Counted from the stretch's first letter, positions 28,096-37,107 are shown. The stretch: DNA of 64,000 bases from Gemmatimonadota bacterium (GCA_963666735.1 OY762926.1:3744001-3808000); one strand, 5' to 3'. The notes: generated from the sequence alone by a model not told the origin. Program-made: numbers and translations.

Positions 28096-29637
28096 ATGCC
28101 GAAGTGGTTGGGGTCGGCCTCGGTGATGTCGGCGGCGGTGATGGGGCTCGACGTGCGGCCGGTGAGCGTCGAGGTGTCGCTGGTCAAGGGGACGCCGATC
28201 ATCCAGATCGTCGGTCTCGCGCAAAGCGCGGTGCGCGAGGGTCGCGAGCGCATCCGGGCCGCCGCGGCGCAACTGGGCCTTCACGTGCCGGGGCTTCGCA
28301 TCACGGTGAATCTCGCGCCGGCGGACCTTCCCAAGACCGGGGCCGCGCTGGACCTGCCGATCATGCTCGGGATTCTGTGCGCCAAGGGGGATCTCCCCCA
28401 GGATGCCCTGGAGGGGACGCTGGCGGTGGGCGAACTCGGGCTCGACGGTTCGTTGCGTTCCATCCGCGGCGGCCTCCCGATCGCCCTCTTTGCGGCTGCG
28501 AACCCCGGTGTCGAGCGCCTCCTGCTGCCGGCCGCGAACCTGCGGGAAGCATCGGTCGCGGAAGGGGTCGCCCTGGGCGGCTCGGACTCGCTGACCGATA
28601 TCCTCGCCGCGCTGAACGGCGACGTCCCGTTGCGCGGGCCCGCGGCGCTGCTGCCCGCCGCCGGTCGGACGGATCGGACGGAGACGGGCGGCAGGCCACG
28701 AAACGGCGGGTTCGACCTGTCGGCCGTAAAGGGGCAACCGGTCGCCAAGCGGGCGCTGGAGATCGCGGCCGCCGGAGGGCACAACCTCCTCCTTTCCGGC
28801 TGCCCGGGCTCCGGAAAGACGAGTCTCGCGCGCTGCCTCCCCGGTCTCCTCCCCGCCCTCGACGTCCGGGAGGCGGTGGACGTGACGGCGATCCACAGCG
28901 TCGCCGGCCTGCTGGCCGATGGTTCGGGACTCCAGCGGGTCCGACCCTTCCGGGCGCCGCACCATTCCATCAGCGAGGCCGGGCTCATCGGCGGCGGGAG
29001 CCGTCCCCGGCCGGGCGAGGCATCGCTCGCGCACCACGGCGTGCTCTTCCTCGATGAACTCCCGGAGTTCGGGCGGCGCACGCTGGAGGCCCTGCGCCAG
29101 CCGATCGAGGAGGGGCAGGTGCGGATCGTCCGCGCAGCCGGGTCGGCCTGCTTTCCCGCCGAGTTCACGCTCGTGGCCGCGATGAACCCGTGTCCGTGCG
29201 GCTTCCTGGGCGTGCCGGGCCGCTGTCGCTGCCCCGAGGAAACGGTGCGGCGCTACCGCCGCCGGGTCAGCGGACCGCTCCTCGACCGGATCGACATGCT
29301 TGTCGACGTCCCGGCCGTGCGCTGGGAGCAACTCGCGGATCCGGCGCCCGGCGAGACGAGCGCGGTCGTGCGGGCCCGGGTGTCCAGGGCCCGCGCCCGC
29401 GCCGCCCGCCGGCACGGCACGACCAACGCGCGGATCCTGCCCGCCCGTCTCGAGGAGGCGTGCCGGCTCGAGCGGGTCGGCCGTTCGCTCCTGCGGAAGG
29501 CCGTGACGCATCTTGGCCTGACGGCCCGCGGCTACCACCGCACGCTTCGCGTCTCCCGGACGATCGCGGACCTGGAGGGGCAGGCCCGCGTATCCGGGGA
29601 CCACGTCGCCGAGGCGATTCGTTTCCGCGGACCCTAA
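28096..29637 (+). CDS. comM: YifB/ComM Mg-chelatase-like AAA+ ATPase
   Basis: VNLAPADLPK, GELGLDG, GCPGSGKT, PFRAPHH, LFLDELPEF, AMNPCPCG, SGPLLDRID. Confidence 0.93.
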   Translation: MPKWLGSASVMSAAVMGLDVRPVSVEVSLVKGTPIIQIVGLAQSAVREGRERIRAAAAQLGLHVPGLRITVNLAPADLPKTGAALDLPIMLGILCAKGDLPQDALEGTLAVGELGLDGSLRSIRGGLPIALFAAANPGVERLLLPAANLREASVAEGVALGGSDSLTDILAALNGDVPLRGPAALLPAAGRTDRTETGGRPRNGGFDLSAVKGQPVAKRALEIAAAGGHNLLLSGCPGSGKTSLARCLPGLLPALDVREAVDVTAIHSVAGLLADGSGLQRVRPFRAPHHSISEAGLIGGGSRPRPGEASLAHHGVLFLDELPEFGRRTLEALRQPIEEGQVRIVRAAGSACFPAEFTLVAAMNPCPCGFLGVPGRCRCPEETVRRYRRRVSGPLLDRIDMLVDVPAVRWEQLADPAPGETSAVVRARVSRARARAARRHGTTNARILPARLEEACRLERVGRSLLRKAVTHLGLTARGYHRTLRVSRTIADLEGQARVSGDHVAEAIRFRGP

Positions 29638-29796
29638 TGTGGTGTCGCAGAAATTCCACGGCCATTCGAGCGCCGATGCATCCGCCCCTGCGGCGTTGCT
29701 CCTCCTCGCAATAGCTCTGCTATTCCTCGCCGGAGCGCCTTGCAGTACTCGGCGCCTCGACGCTCTCGGTGGCTCGCGGACTCCTGCGACACCACA
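29638..29796. mobile_element. MITE-like palindromic element with 13-bp perfect terminal inverted repeats
   Basis: TGTGGTGTCGCAG (29638-29650) / CTGCGACACCACA (29784-29796), flanked by CTAA and CTAG, with nested internal stems. Confidence 0.7.
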
Positions 29797-30435
29797 CTAG
29801 CGCAGCGCGTCGGCCGGGAGTTCGGGGCAGGGGGCGGCTTCCACGGGCCCGGAGGCGGGAACGTCCCCCCTTCCGAGCGCGAGGAAATTCCCGAGCAGGC
29901 GGCGTCCCCCCGCCGTGAGTACGGCTTCCGGATGGAACTGTACGCCCCACACGGGCCACGACACGTGTTCGAGGGCCATCACTTCGCCCTTTTCCGTCCG
30001 GGCCGTGACGCGGATGTCGGTCCCCGGCTCGCCGGGATCCACGACCAGCGAATGGTAGCGGGTGACCTCGAGCGGCGAGGGGAGGCCCGCGAAGAGCCCG
30101 CGTCCCTCGTGCCGGATCGCCGACAGGCGGCCGTGCATCGGGCGCGCGGCCCGAACGACGCGTCCGCCGCTCGCCGCGGCGATACACTGGTGGCCGAGAC
30201 AGACGCCGAGAATCGGGATCTCCGCGCCCACGGCCCGGATCACCCCGATGGAGGCGCCGGCTTCGGCGGGCGTGCAGGGACCGGGCGAGATGACGATGTG
30301 CGAGAAGCCTTCGTCCCCCAGGGTCCCCGGATCGACGTCATCGTTGCGCCGCACGCGCACGGTCTCCCCAAGTTCCTCGAGATACCGGGCGAGGTTGAAG
30401 GCGAACGAATCGTAGTTGTCGACGAGGAGGATCAT
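29797..30435 (-). CDS. pabA: Glutamine amidotransferase, ADC/anthranilate synthase component II
   Basis: MILLVDNYDSF, ISPGP, GVCLGHQ, RYHSL, QFHPE. Confidence 0.92.
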   Translation of the reverse strand: MILLVDNYDSFAFNLARYLEELGETVRVRRNDDVDPGTLGDEGFSHIVISPGPCTPAEAGASIGVIRAVGAEIPILGVCLGHQCIAAASGGRVVRAARPMHGRLSAIRHEGRGLFAGLPSPLEVTRYHSLVVDPGEPGTDIRVTARTEKGEVMALEHVSWPVWGVQFHPEAVLTAGGRRLLGNFLALGRGDVPASGPVEAAPCPELPADALR

Positions 30436-31048
30436 GGCAGGCGCAGGATATGTCTCCCCAGACGTTCGGTCGAGGCTCTTCGCGGCCGTCCTCCTTCCCT
30501 CCGCGATCCGCGCGGACCTCGCTCGCGCGACCGGGCGCCTGCGGGCGCTGGAGGGCGTGCGGCCGGTGCGCGCGGAGCAACTGCACCTCACGCTGCGTTT
30601 CATCGGGGAGGTCGACCGCGACCTGGAGACGCCGCTCGCGCGCGAGATCGCCGCCGCCGTGGCGGAGTTGCCGCGCTTCCCGATCCGGCTGCGCGCGGCC
30701 GGCGTCTTTCCCTCCCACCGGCGCGCGCGCGTCCTGTGGGCCGGCGTCGAGGAGGCCCCCGCCCTCGCCACGCTGCAGCGATCCGTGGAGGAGGCCGTGG
30801 TCCGCGTCGGCGTGGCCCCCGACCCGCGTCCGTTCCGCCCGCACGTGACGGTGGGACGAATCCGTCGCCCCCCGCCGCCCGTAGGTCTGGCGGGCGCCGT
30901 CGCGGGCGTCCGCTTCGAGGCCACGGTGGATGTCCGGCGCGTGTCGCTGATGCGGAGCGAACTTCTCTCCCGCGGGGCGCGGCACACCGAAGTCGCCGCC
31001 GGCCGGCTGGCGGGCGGCGCCGATGACGCCCGCCGCGCACGGCACTAG
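30434..31048 (+). CDS. thpR: RNA 2',3'-cyclic phosphodiesterase (2H family)
   Basis: RLFAAV and two HxT motifs (LHLTL, PHVTV). Confidence 0.9.
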   Translation: MAGAGYVSPDVRSRLFAAVLLPSAIRADLARATGRLRALEGVRPVRAEQLHLTLRFIGEVDRDLETPLAREIAAAVAELPRFPIRLRAAGVFPSHRRARVLWAGVEEAPALATLQRSVEEAVVRVGVAPDPRPFRPHVTVGRIRRPPPPVGLAGAVAGVRFEATVDVRRVSLMRSELLSRGARHTEVAAGRLAGGADDARRARH

Positions 31049-31087
31049 CTTCTGCTCTTTCCCCGATTCCGGTCGGAGGCGGTCGAC

Positions 31088-31735
31088 ATGGGTATCTTCC
31101 GAAGGCTTTTCACAGGTCTGGGCTTTCTCACCTTCCTTCTGATTCTGCTGCTCGCCGGCTGGATCTTCCGGGAAGACATCGAGGCGTGGCTCGCGAACGT
31201 GGGCGCGGACGAAATCGTCGTCGTCGAGACCACGCCCGAATTCGGCCCCGAAGCCGCGGCGGACGTGGACGCAGCTCTCGAGGAGTTGGCGGCCGGCGGC
31301 GGGGCGGCCGAGACGCGGTTCACCGAGACGGAACTCCAGAGCTACGTTCGCTACGAGTTGACCCCCCGACTGCCGGCCGGCGTCGGAGAGCCCGCCGTCG
31401 AACTGCGCGACTCGACCGTCGCTTTTTCCGTCATGCTCGACTTCGCGCGGCTCCCGATCGACGCGGACCAGGCGGCGAGCCTGGCGAGGCTGCTCGGGGA
31501 TTCCGCCCGGGTCGCCGGAGAGGTCCTCCCGCAGGTGGGGGAGAGCGGCGAGGGACGCCTCCACCTCGTGAGCATCCAGGCGGGCGTCATCCCGGTGCCC
31601 CCGTTGATGCTGGGCATGGCCGCGCAGCAACTGGGGTTGCGTGCGGACGGACGAACCGTGCTCTTCGACATCCCCGAGGCCATCGTCGACGTCCGGGTGG
31701 AAAACGAGGAGATCGTCCTCCTCGTGAATCGCTGA
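31088..31735 (+). CDS. Hypothetical membrane-anchored protein
   Basis: GGAGG SD, N-terminal TM helix, acidic soluble domain. Confidence 0.75.
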   Translation: MGIFRRLFTGLGFLTFLLILLLAGWIFREDIEAWLANVGADEIVVVETTPEFGPEAAADVDAALEELAAGGGAAETRFTETELQSYVRYELTPRLPAGVGEPAVELRDSTVAFSVMLDFARLPIDADQAASLARLLGDSARVAGEVLPQVGESGEGRLHLVSIQAGVIPVPPLMLGMAAQQLGLRADGRTVLFDIPEAIVDVRVENEEIVLLVNR

Positions 31736-31760
31736 ATGAATCGCTGAATGAATCACTGAA
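31725..31760 (+). repeat. 3 x 12-bp tandem repeat TGAATC(G/A)CTGAA
   Basis: Read directly; spans the stop codon at 31733-31735. Confidence 0.9.
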
Positions 31761-31778
31761 CACGGAGTCTCTCCGGCA

Positions 31779-33269
31779 ATGGCTGAGAAGTTCCTCAACT
31801 ACATCGCGGGCGAGTGGACCGAGCCCGCCACCGGCGAATACATCGAGAACCGAAACCCGGCGCGCACGCCGGACCTCATCGGTCTCTTCCCGGACACCGG
31901 CGCGGCGGAACTGGACGCCGCCGCGGCCTCCGCGCAGCGCGGCTTCGAGGAGTGGTCCCGGACCCCGGCCCCCGAGCGGGGCCTGGTGCTGAAGAAAGCG
32001 GGGGACCTGCTCACGCGGCACAAGGAGGATCTCGCGCGCACGGCCACGCGCGAGATGGGAAAGGTGCTCGACGAAACGCGCGGCGATGTCCAGGAGGCCA
32101 TCGACACGGCCTACTACGCGGCGGTGGAAGGCCGGCGCCTGTTCGGACGCACGGCGCCCTCCGAGCTGCGGAGCAAGTGGGCGATGTCGTTCCGGCGTCC
32201 CATCGGCGTGTTCGGGATCATCACCCCCTTCAACTTCCCGGTTGCCGTACCGAGCTGGAAGATTTTCCCCGCGCTGCTCTGCGGGAACAGCATCATCTAC
32301 AAACCCTCGGAGGATGTGCCCCACAGCGCCCATCGGTTCGTGGAGATCCTGCTCGAGGCCGGCCTGCCGCCCGAGTGCGTGCAGTTGCTGCACGGCCGGG
32401 GCGAGACGATCGGGCGCGCCATCGTCGAACACCCCGGCGTCCCCGGCCTCTCCTTCACCGGATCCACGGAGACGGGCAGCTGGATCGGCGAGGTCGCGGG
32501 GCGCATGCACAAGCGCCTCTCCCTCGAGATGGGCGGCAAGAACGCGCAGATCGTCATGTCGGACGCGGACCTCGACCTCGCCCTCGAGGGCGTGCTGTGG
32601 GGCGCCTTCGGCACGGCGGGGCAGCGCTGCACCGCGACGAGCCGGCTCCTCCTGCAGGGCGACATTCACGACGAATTCGTGGAGCGGCTGTGCTACGAGG
32701 CGCGCTCCCTGCGGCTCGGGGACGGGCTGGAGGCCGGCGTCGACGTGGGGCCGCTCATCCACGAGGCCGCTCGCGAGAAGTGCGAACGCTACATCGCGAT
32801 CGCCCGCGACGAGGGGGCGACGGTGGCGACGGGGGGCGGACGACCGGCGGAGAGCGGCCTCGCCGACGGCTGGTTCTTCGAGCCGACGGTTCTCGCGGGC
32901 GTCGACAGAGGGCACCGGGCCGCGTGCGAGGAGATCTTCGGGCCGGTGCTCTCCGTGATCCGCTTCGACACGATCGAGGAAGCCTTCGATATCAACAACG
33001 AAGTTCCATACGGGCTCTCGTCGTCGATCTACACGCGCGATGTGACGGCGTCCTTTCGCGCCGTGGAGGAACTCGACAACGGCATCACCTACGTGAACGC
33101 GCCCACCATCGGCGCGGAGGCGCACCTCCCCTTCGGCGGCGTGAAAAACACGGGCAACGGGCACCGCGAAGGGGGGTGGGAAGTCTACGAGTTCTACACG
33201 GAAACGAAGGTCGCGTACGTCGATTACAGCGGCACGCTGCAGCGCGCGCAGATCGATGTCGATTGGTGA
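31779..33269 (+). CDS. Aldehyde dehydrogenase family protein
   Basis: ITPFNFP, FTGS, LEMGGKN, GQRCTA, EEIFGPV, PFGG. Confidence 0.95.
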   Translation: MAEKFLNYIAGEWTEPATGEYIENRNPARTPDLIGLFPDTGAAELDAAAASAQRGFEEWSRTPAPERGLVLKKAGDLLTRHKEDLARTATREMGKVLDETRGDVQEAIDTAYYAAVEGRRLFGRTAPSELRSKWAMSFRRPIGVFGIITPFNFPVAVPSWKIFPALLCGNSIIYKPSEDVPHSAHRFVEILLEAGLPPECVQLLHGRGETIGRAIVEHPGVPGLSFTGSTETGSWIGEVAGRMHKRLSLEMGGKNAQIVMSDADLDLALEGVLWGAFGTAGQRCTATSRLLLQGDIHDEFVERLCYEARSLRLGDGLEAGVDVGPLIHEAAREKCERYIAIARDEGATVATGGGRPAESGLADGWFFEPTVLAGVDRGHRAACEEIFGPVLSVIRFDTIEEAFDINNEVPYGLSSSIYTRDVTASFRAVEELDNGITYVNAPTIGAEAHLPFGGVKNTGNGHREGGWEVYEFYTETKVAYVDYSGTLQRAQIDVDW

Positions 33270-33411
33270 AGCCGTGAAGTGAGGCCGTGAGGTGAGACCC
33301 CGTTGAGGCCCCGCCGTACATCACATGGTGCGGGCGGCCCGCACACGGGATCCGAAACCGGAATGCGCGCGGGACCGCCGATCACCGGCTTGTGGAACAG
33401 GGAAGGCTGGA

Positions 33412-34260
33412 ATGGAGGAACGACCGACTGAGGCAACCGCTTCCGGCACGGAAGGCGAAGGATTGGACGCGGGCTCGGAAGCGGGACTGGAAGGCGGCGC
33501 GCCGCGGCGGCGCGTCCGCCGGTTTCGAGCTCCCGCGGTCCGGGCGCGACGGGGTCGCGACGCGTCCGTCGGCCGATGGATGTGGGAGTGGACGAAGTCC
33601 ATCTTCATCGCCCTCGTCCTGTTTCTCTTCATCCGGACCTTCGTCGTGGAGGCCTTCCAGATTCCGACCGCCTCCATGGAAAACACGCTTCTGATCGGCG
33701 ATTTCCTCCTCGTCAACAAGATGGTGTACGGAGCCGAGATCCCCGGCACCACACTGGAGTTGCCCGCGTTCGGCGAGCCCTCGCGCGGCGACGTGGTCGT
33801 GTTCGAGCCCCCGGAGTCGGCCGAACAGCCCCCGCGCACGAACTACGTGAAGCGGATCGTCGGGATGCCCGGAGATACGCTGCGCATGCGGCGGGCGCGG
33901 CTCTTCGTGAACGGCGTTCCGTTCGAGGAACCTTACGTGAAGGCCGCGTCGGACTTCCCCGACGCCCCGAGCCCGAAGTTCGCGTGGCAGCGCCGGTTCC
34001 TGACCGATGGCGCGCGCCGCGCCGGGACGGTGACGACGCGAAACAACTGGGGGCCCCTGGTCGTGCCGGAGGACAGCTACTTCGTCATGGGCGACAACCG
34101 GTCGAACTCCGAGGACTCCCGCTACTGGGGCTTCGTGCCCAGGGATGCGATCCGGGGAAGACCCTTCCTCGTGTACTATTCGTACGCTCGCGAGCCGAGG
34201 GGCCCCATGTCCTGGCTCACCGAGATCCGCTGGGGCCGGATTCTGCGCGGCGTCGACTGA
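33412..34260 (+). CDS. lepB: Signal peptidase I
   Basis: IPTASMENTL (Ser), YVKRIVG (Lys), GDNRSNSEDSR; start uncertain (33325 or 33412). Confidence 0.94.
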   Translation: MEERPTEATASGTEGEGLDAGSEAGLEGGAPRRRVRRFRAPAVRARRGRDASVGRWMWEWTKSIFIALVLFLFIRTFVVEAFQIPTASMENTLLIGDFLLVNKMVYGAEIPGTTLELPAFGEPSRGDVVVFEPPESAEQPPRTNYVKRIVGMPGDTLRMRRARLFVNGVPFEEPYVKAASDFPDAPSPKFAWQRRFLTDGARRAGTVTTRNNWGPLVVPEDSYFVMGDNRSNSEDSRYWGFVPRDAIRGRPFLVYYSYAREPRGPMSWLTEIRWGRILRGVD

Positions 34261-34272
34261 GGTCGACCCGGA

Positions 34273-35043
34273 ATGGTCCGGATATTCGAGCGCTACCTGG
34301 CGGACATCGGTCGCGAGAGCCTGCTGGACGCGGAAGCCGAAGTGGAACTGGCGCGGCGAAGTCGAGCCGGCGACGAGGCGGCGCGCGTGCGGCTCGTCAG
34401 CGCGAATCTCCGCTTCGTCGTGTCGGTCGCGCGCGCATACCGCGGTCGCGGCGTCCCGCTGGCCGACCTCGTGAACGAAGGGAATCTGGGGCTCGTGCGC
34501 GCCGCCGACCGATTCGACCCGGAGCGCGGCGTCCGATTCATCAGCTACGCGCACTACTGGGTGCGGCGGGCCATGTCGCAGGCCATCGCCGACCACGACG
34601 ATCAGCGGCCTCCCGGCGAACCCGCCCCACACCGCTTTTCCCTCGACGAGATGGCCCCCGGAAGCGCCTGCACCTACGAGGAACTCCTCCCCGACGAACA
34701 GGCGCCGGAGCCCGGAGCCGGGCTGGTTCGGGAGCGGCTGCACGAGGCCATCGAGGCGAGTCTGGCCGACCTCCCGCCGCTCGAATCGGAGGTCGTGCGC
34801 CGCTACTTCGGTCTGGGTTTCGAGCGGCCCCAGACGCCGGCCGAGATCTCGGCGGTCCTCGACCTGTCTCGCGAGCGGACGCGGCAACTCAAGGAGCGCG
34901 GGCTCTCGCGGCTGCGCGCGGGCGCCGAACGGTCCGGCCTCGTTCGCTACGTCAACGACGGTGCCCCCCGGGCCGGAAGCGCCTACCGCAGGGACGCGCC
35001 GCCCTCCCGTCCCATGCGAAGATACGCCTTCACGCGCGATTGA
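34273..35043 (+). CDS. Sigma-70 family factor (RpoD/RpoS-like regions 1.2, 2 and 4; most of region 3 absent)
   Basis: YLADIG..LL..E, NLRFVVSVA, DLVNEGNLGL, FDPERG, LSRERTRQL. Confidence 0.88.
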   Translation: MVRIFERYLADIGRESLLDAEAEVELARRSRAGDEAARVRLVSANLRFVVSVARAYRGRGVPLADLVNEGNLGLVRAADRFDPERGVRFISYAHYWVRRAMSQAIADHDDQRPPGEPAPHRFSLDEMAPGSACTYEELLPDEQAPEPGAGLVRERLHEAIEASLADLPPLESEVVRRYFGLGFERPQTPAEISAVLDLSRERTRQLKERGLSRLRAGAERSGLVRYVNDGAPRAGSAYRRDAPPSRPMRRYAFTRD

Positions 35044-35068
35044 CTTCGTGCGAAGCCCTGAATAGCTT
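35040..35068 (+). promoter_or_regulatory. Sigma70 promoter of the rplM operon
   Basis: TTGACT-N17-TAGCTT. Confidence 0.75.
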
Positions 35069-35098
35069 CACGGGCTATCATTTTCACGCGCTCGGCAT

Positions 35099-35121
35099 CC
35101 GTCCCGCCGGGCGGTTTTTTT
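35099..35121 (+). terminator. Hairpin plus U-tract in the rplM leader (possible attenuator)
   Basis: CCGTCC-cgcc-GGGCGG followed by T7. Confidence 0.55.
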
Positions 35122-35137
35122 GAGGTGGGCAGAACGA

Positions 35138-35575
35138 ATGAAGACGTACTCGGTGAAGGCGGGGGAGATCGAACGGGATTGGTACGTGGTCGACGCCGCG
35201 GATCAGGTTCTCGGCCGTCTCGCGACGAGGATCGCGACCGTCCTTCGCGGAAAACACAAGCCGATCTACAGTACGCACCTCGACACCGGCGACTATGTCG
35301 TCGTCGTGAACGCGGAGCGTGTGCGGCTGACCGGGAACAAGGCGGATCAGAAGGAATACTTCCGCCACTCCGGCTACATGGGCGGAGAGCGCTTCATCCC
35401 CTTCCGGCGCATGCTCGATCGATACCCGGACCGGGTGATCAAGCTGGCGGTGAAGGGCATGCTGCCGAAGAACGCGCTCGGCCGGCAGATGCTCGGAAAG
35501 TTGAGAGTGTACGCGGGGCCGGAGCATCCGCACGCGCCTCAGAGTCCCCGCCCCTTCGACGCGGTCACGGAATAG
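35138..35575 (+). CDS. rplM: 50S ribosomal protein L13
   Basis: MKTYSVK, WYVVDA, LGRLAT, GKHKP, GMLPKN. Confidence 0.97.
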   Translation: MKTYSVKAGEIERDWYVVDAADQVLGRLATRIATVLRGKHKPIYSTHLDTGDYVVVVNAERVRLTGNKADQKEYFRHSGYMGGERFIPFRRMLDRYPDRVIKLAVKGMLPKNALGRQMLGKLRVYAGPEHPHAPQSPRPFDAVTE

Positions 35576-35602
35576 CGGTCACGGAACGGCGGTCGCGGAA
35601 TA
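35561..35602 (+). repeat. 3 x 14-bp tandem repeat GCGGTC(A/G)CGGAA(TA/CG)
   Basis: Read directly; spans the rplM stop. Confidence 0.9.
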
Positions 35603-35638
35603 GCAGAGAGCGCGCAGGGACTGCCAGGGAGACGAGAG

Positions 35639-36034
35639 TTGGCGGAAACGGAACAGGTCCAGTCGGTCGGACGCCGGAAGAAGTCGGTGTCCCGCATCAC
35701 GATGAAGCGTGGTGTGGGCGTCGTGAACGTGAATGGCCGGGCTTTCGAAGAGTATTTCACGATCCCGCGACACCGTTCGCTCGTCGCGGCGCCCCTCGAT
35801 GTCACCGGGACGCGAGCGTCGTACGACATCGCCGTGCGGGTCCGGGGAGGCGGAATCACCGGCCAGGCGGAGGCCACGCGCCTGGGCATCGCCCGCGCCC
35901 TCCTCGCGATGGATGAGGAGCGCCGGCGCACGTTGCGGTCTCACGGCATGTTGACCCGCGATCCCCGCATCGTCGAGCGGAAGAAGCCGGGTCGTCCCAA
36001 GGCGCGCAAGCGCTTCCAGTTCTCCAAACGATAG
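35639..36034 (+). CDS. rpsI: 30S ribosomal protein S9
   Basis: GRRK, GGGITGQA, LTRDPR.VERKKPG..KARKRFQFSKR; TTG start. Confidence 0.97.
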   Translation: MAETEQVQSVGRRKKSVSRITMKRGVGVVNVNGRAFEEYFTIPRHRSLVAAPLDVTGTRASYDIAVRVRGGGITGQAEATRLGIARALLAMDEERRRTLRSHGMLTRDPRIVERKKPGRPKARKRFQFSKR

Positions 36035-36056
36035 CGGAAGGCGGAAAGCCGAACGC

Positions 36057-37073
36057 ATGGGCGTCGAGCTGCAGGACCTCTTGAAGGCGGGCGTACACTT
36101 CGGGCACCAGACACATCGCTGGAACCCGAAGATGCGGAAATACATCTTCGCCGAGTGCGGCGGGATCTACCTCATCGATCTCAAGAAGACGCAACGGGAG
36201 CTCGAGCGGGCACACGAACTCGTGCGCCGGACGATCGTCGCGGGCAAATCCGTGCTCTTCGTGTGCACCAAGCCTCAGCTCGCCCGCGTCGTGCGGGGAG
36301 AGGCCGAGCGGTGCGGTTCCTTCTACGTTACGGAACGCTGGCTGGGCGGCATGCTCACCAACTTCCAGACGATCAAGAAGAACATCGCGCGCCTGAAGGA
36401 ACTCGAGCGGGGCGTCGAGGAAGGGGCGTTCGAGTTCTATACGAAGAAGGAGCGGCTGCTCCTCGAGCGCGAGCGCCAGAAGCTCGACCGTTATCTGTCC
36501 GGCATCAAGGAAATGACGAAGCTGCCGGGGCTCGTGTTCGTGGTGGATTCCACCCGCGAAGAGATCGCGGTGCGCGAGGCGAACCGCCTCGGCATCCCGG
36601 TCGTCGCGATCGCGGACACGAACGCGGATCCGGATCTCCTCACGATCGCCATCGCGGGCAACGACGACGCGATTCGCTCGGTCTCCCTGATCACGCGCTC
36701 GGTCGCGGACGTCGTGGAGGCATCGCGCCGCGAGATTCCGGAGGCGGGACGGGACGAGGCGGAGTCGCAGGCGTACACGTATTCGAGCGACGCCGGCGGG
36801 GTCGCCGACGCCGCGGGCAGTTCGCGCCGACGGAGGCCGAGGCGAAAGCCGCGGCCCGAGGTCATCGCGCAGCGACTGCACCATCCAGCTGTGATAGAGG
36901 GTGCCGACGGGGCCGCCGAGTCGGCCGAGGGTGCTGCGGACGCCGGGAGCGCCGGGAGCGCCGAGACGGCGGCGAGCGCCGAAACGGCCGACAACCCGGA
37001 ACCCGCGGCGGACGCCGGATCGGAGGGCGCCGAAGCGGTCGTTGTCGGAGAGGTGGCGTCAGAAGAGAAGTGA
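36057..37073 (+). CDS. rpsB: 30S ribosomal protein S2 with long C-terminal extension
   Basis: AGVHFGH, WNPKM, RWLGGMLTN, DTNADP, NDD. Confidence 0.97.
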   Translation: MGVELQDLLKAGVHFGHQTHRWNPKMRKYIFAECGGIYLIDLKKTQRELERAHELVRRTIVAGKSVLFVCTKPQLARVVRGEAERCGSFYVTERWLGGMLTNFQTIKKNIARLKELERGVEEGAFEFYTKKERLLLERERQKLDRYLSGIKEMTKLPGLVFVVDSTREEIAVREANRLGIPVVAIADTNADPDLLTIAIAGNDDAIRSVSLITRSVADVVEASRREIPEAGRDEAESQAYTYSSDAGGVADAAGSSRRRRPRRKPRPEVIAQRLHHPAVIEGADGAAESAEGAADAGSAGSAETAASAETADNPEPAADAGSEGAEAVVVGEVASEEK

Positions 37074-37077
37074 CCGC

Positions 37078-37107
37078 AAGGGGCCACTTCGGTGGCCCTT
37101 TTTTTTT
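37078..37107 (+). terminator. Intrinsic terminator between rpsB and tsf
   Basis: AAGGGGCCAC-TTCG-GTGGCCC followed by T9. Confidence 0.85.

Noticed and set aside
31725..35602. Short tandem repeats as a possible CRISPR array
   Set aside because: Units are 12-14 bp, head-to-tail without spacers, and there are no cas genes
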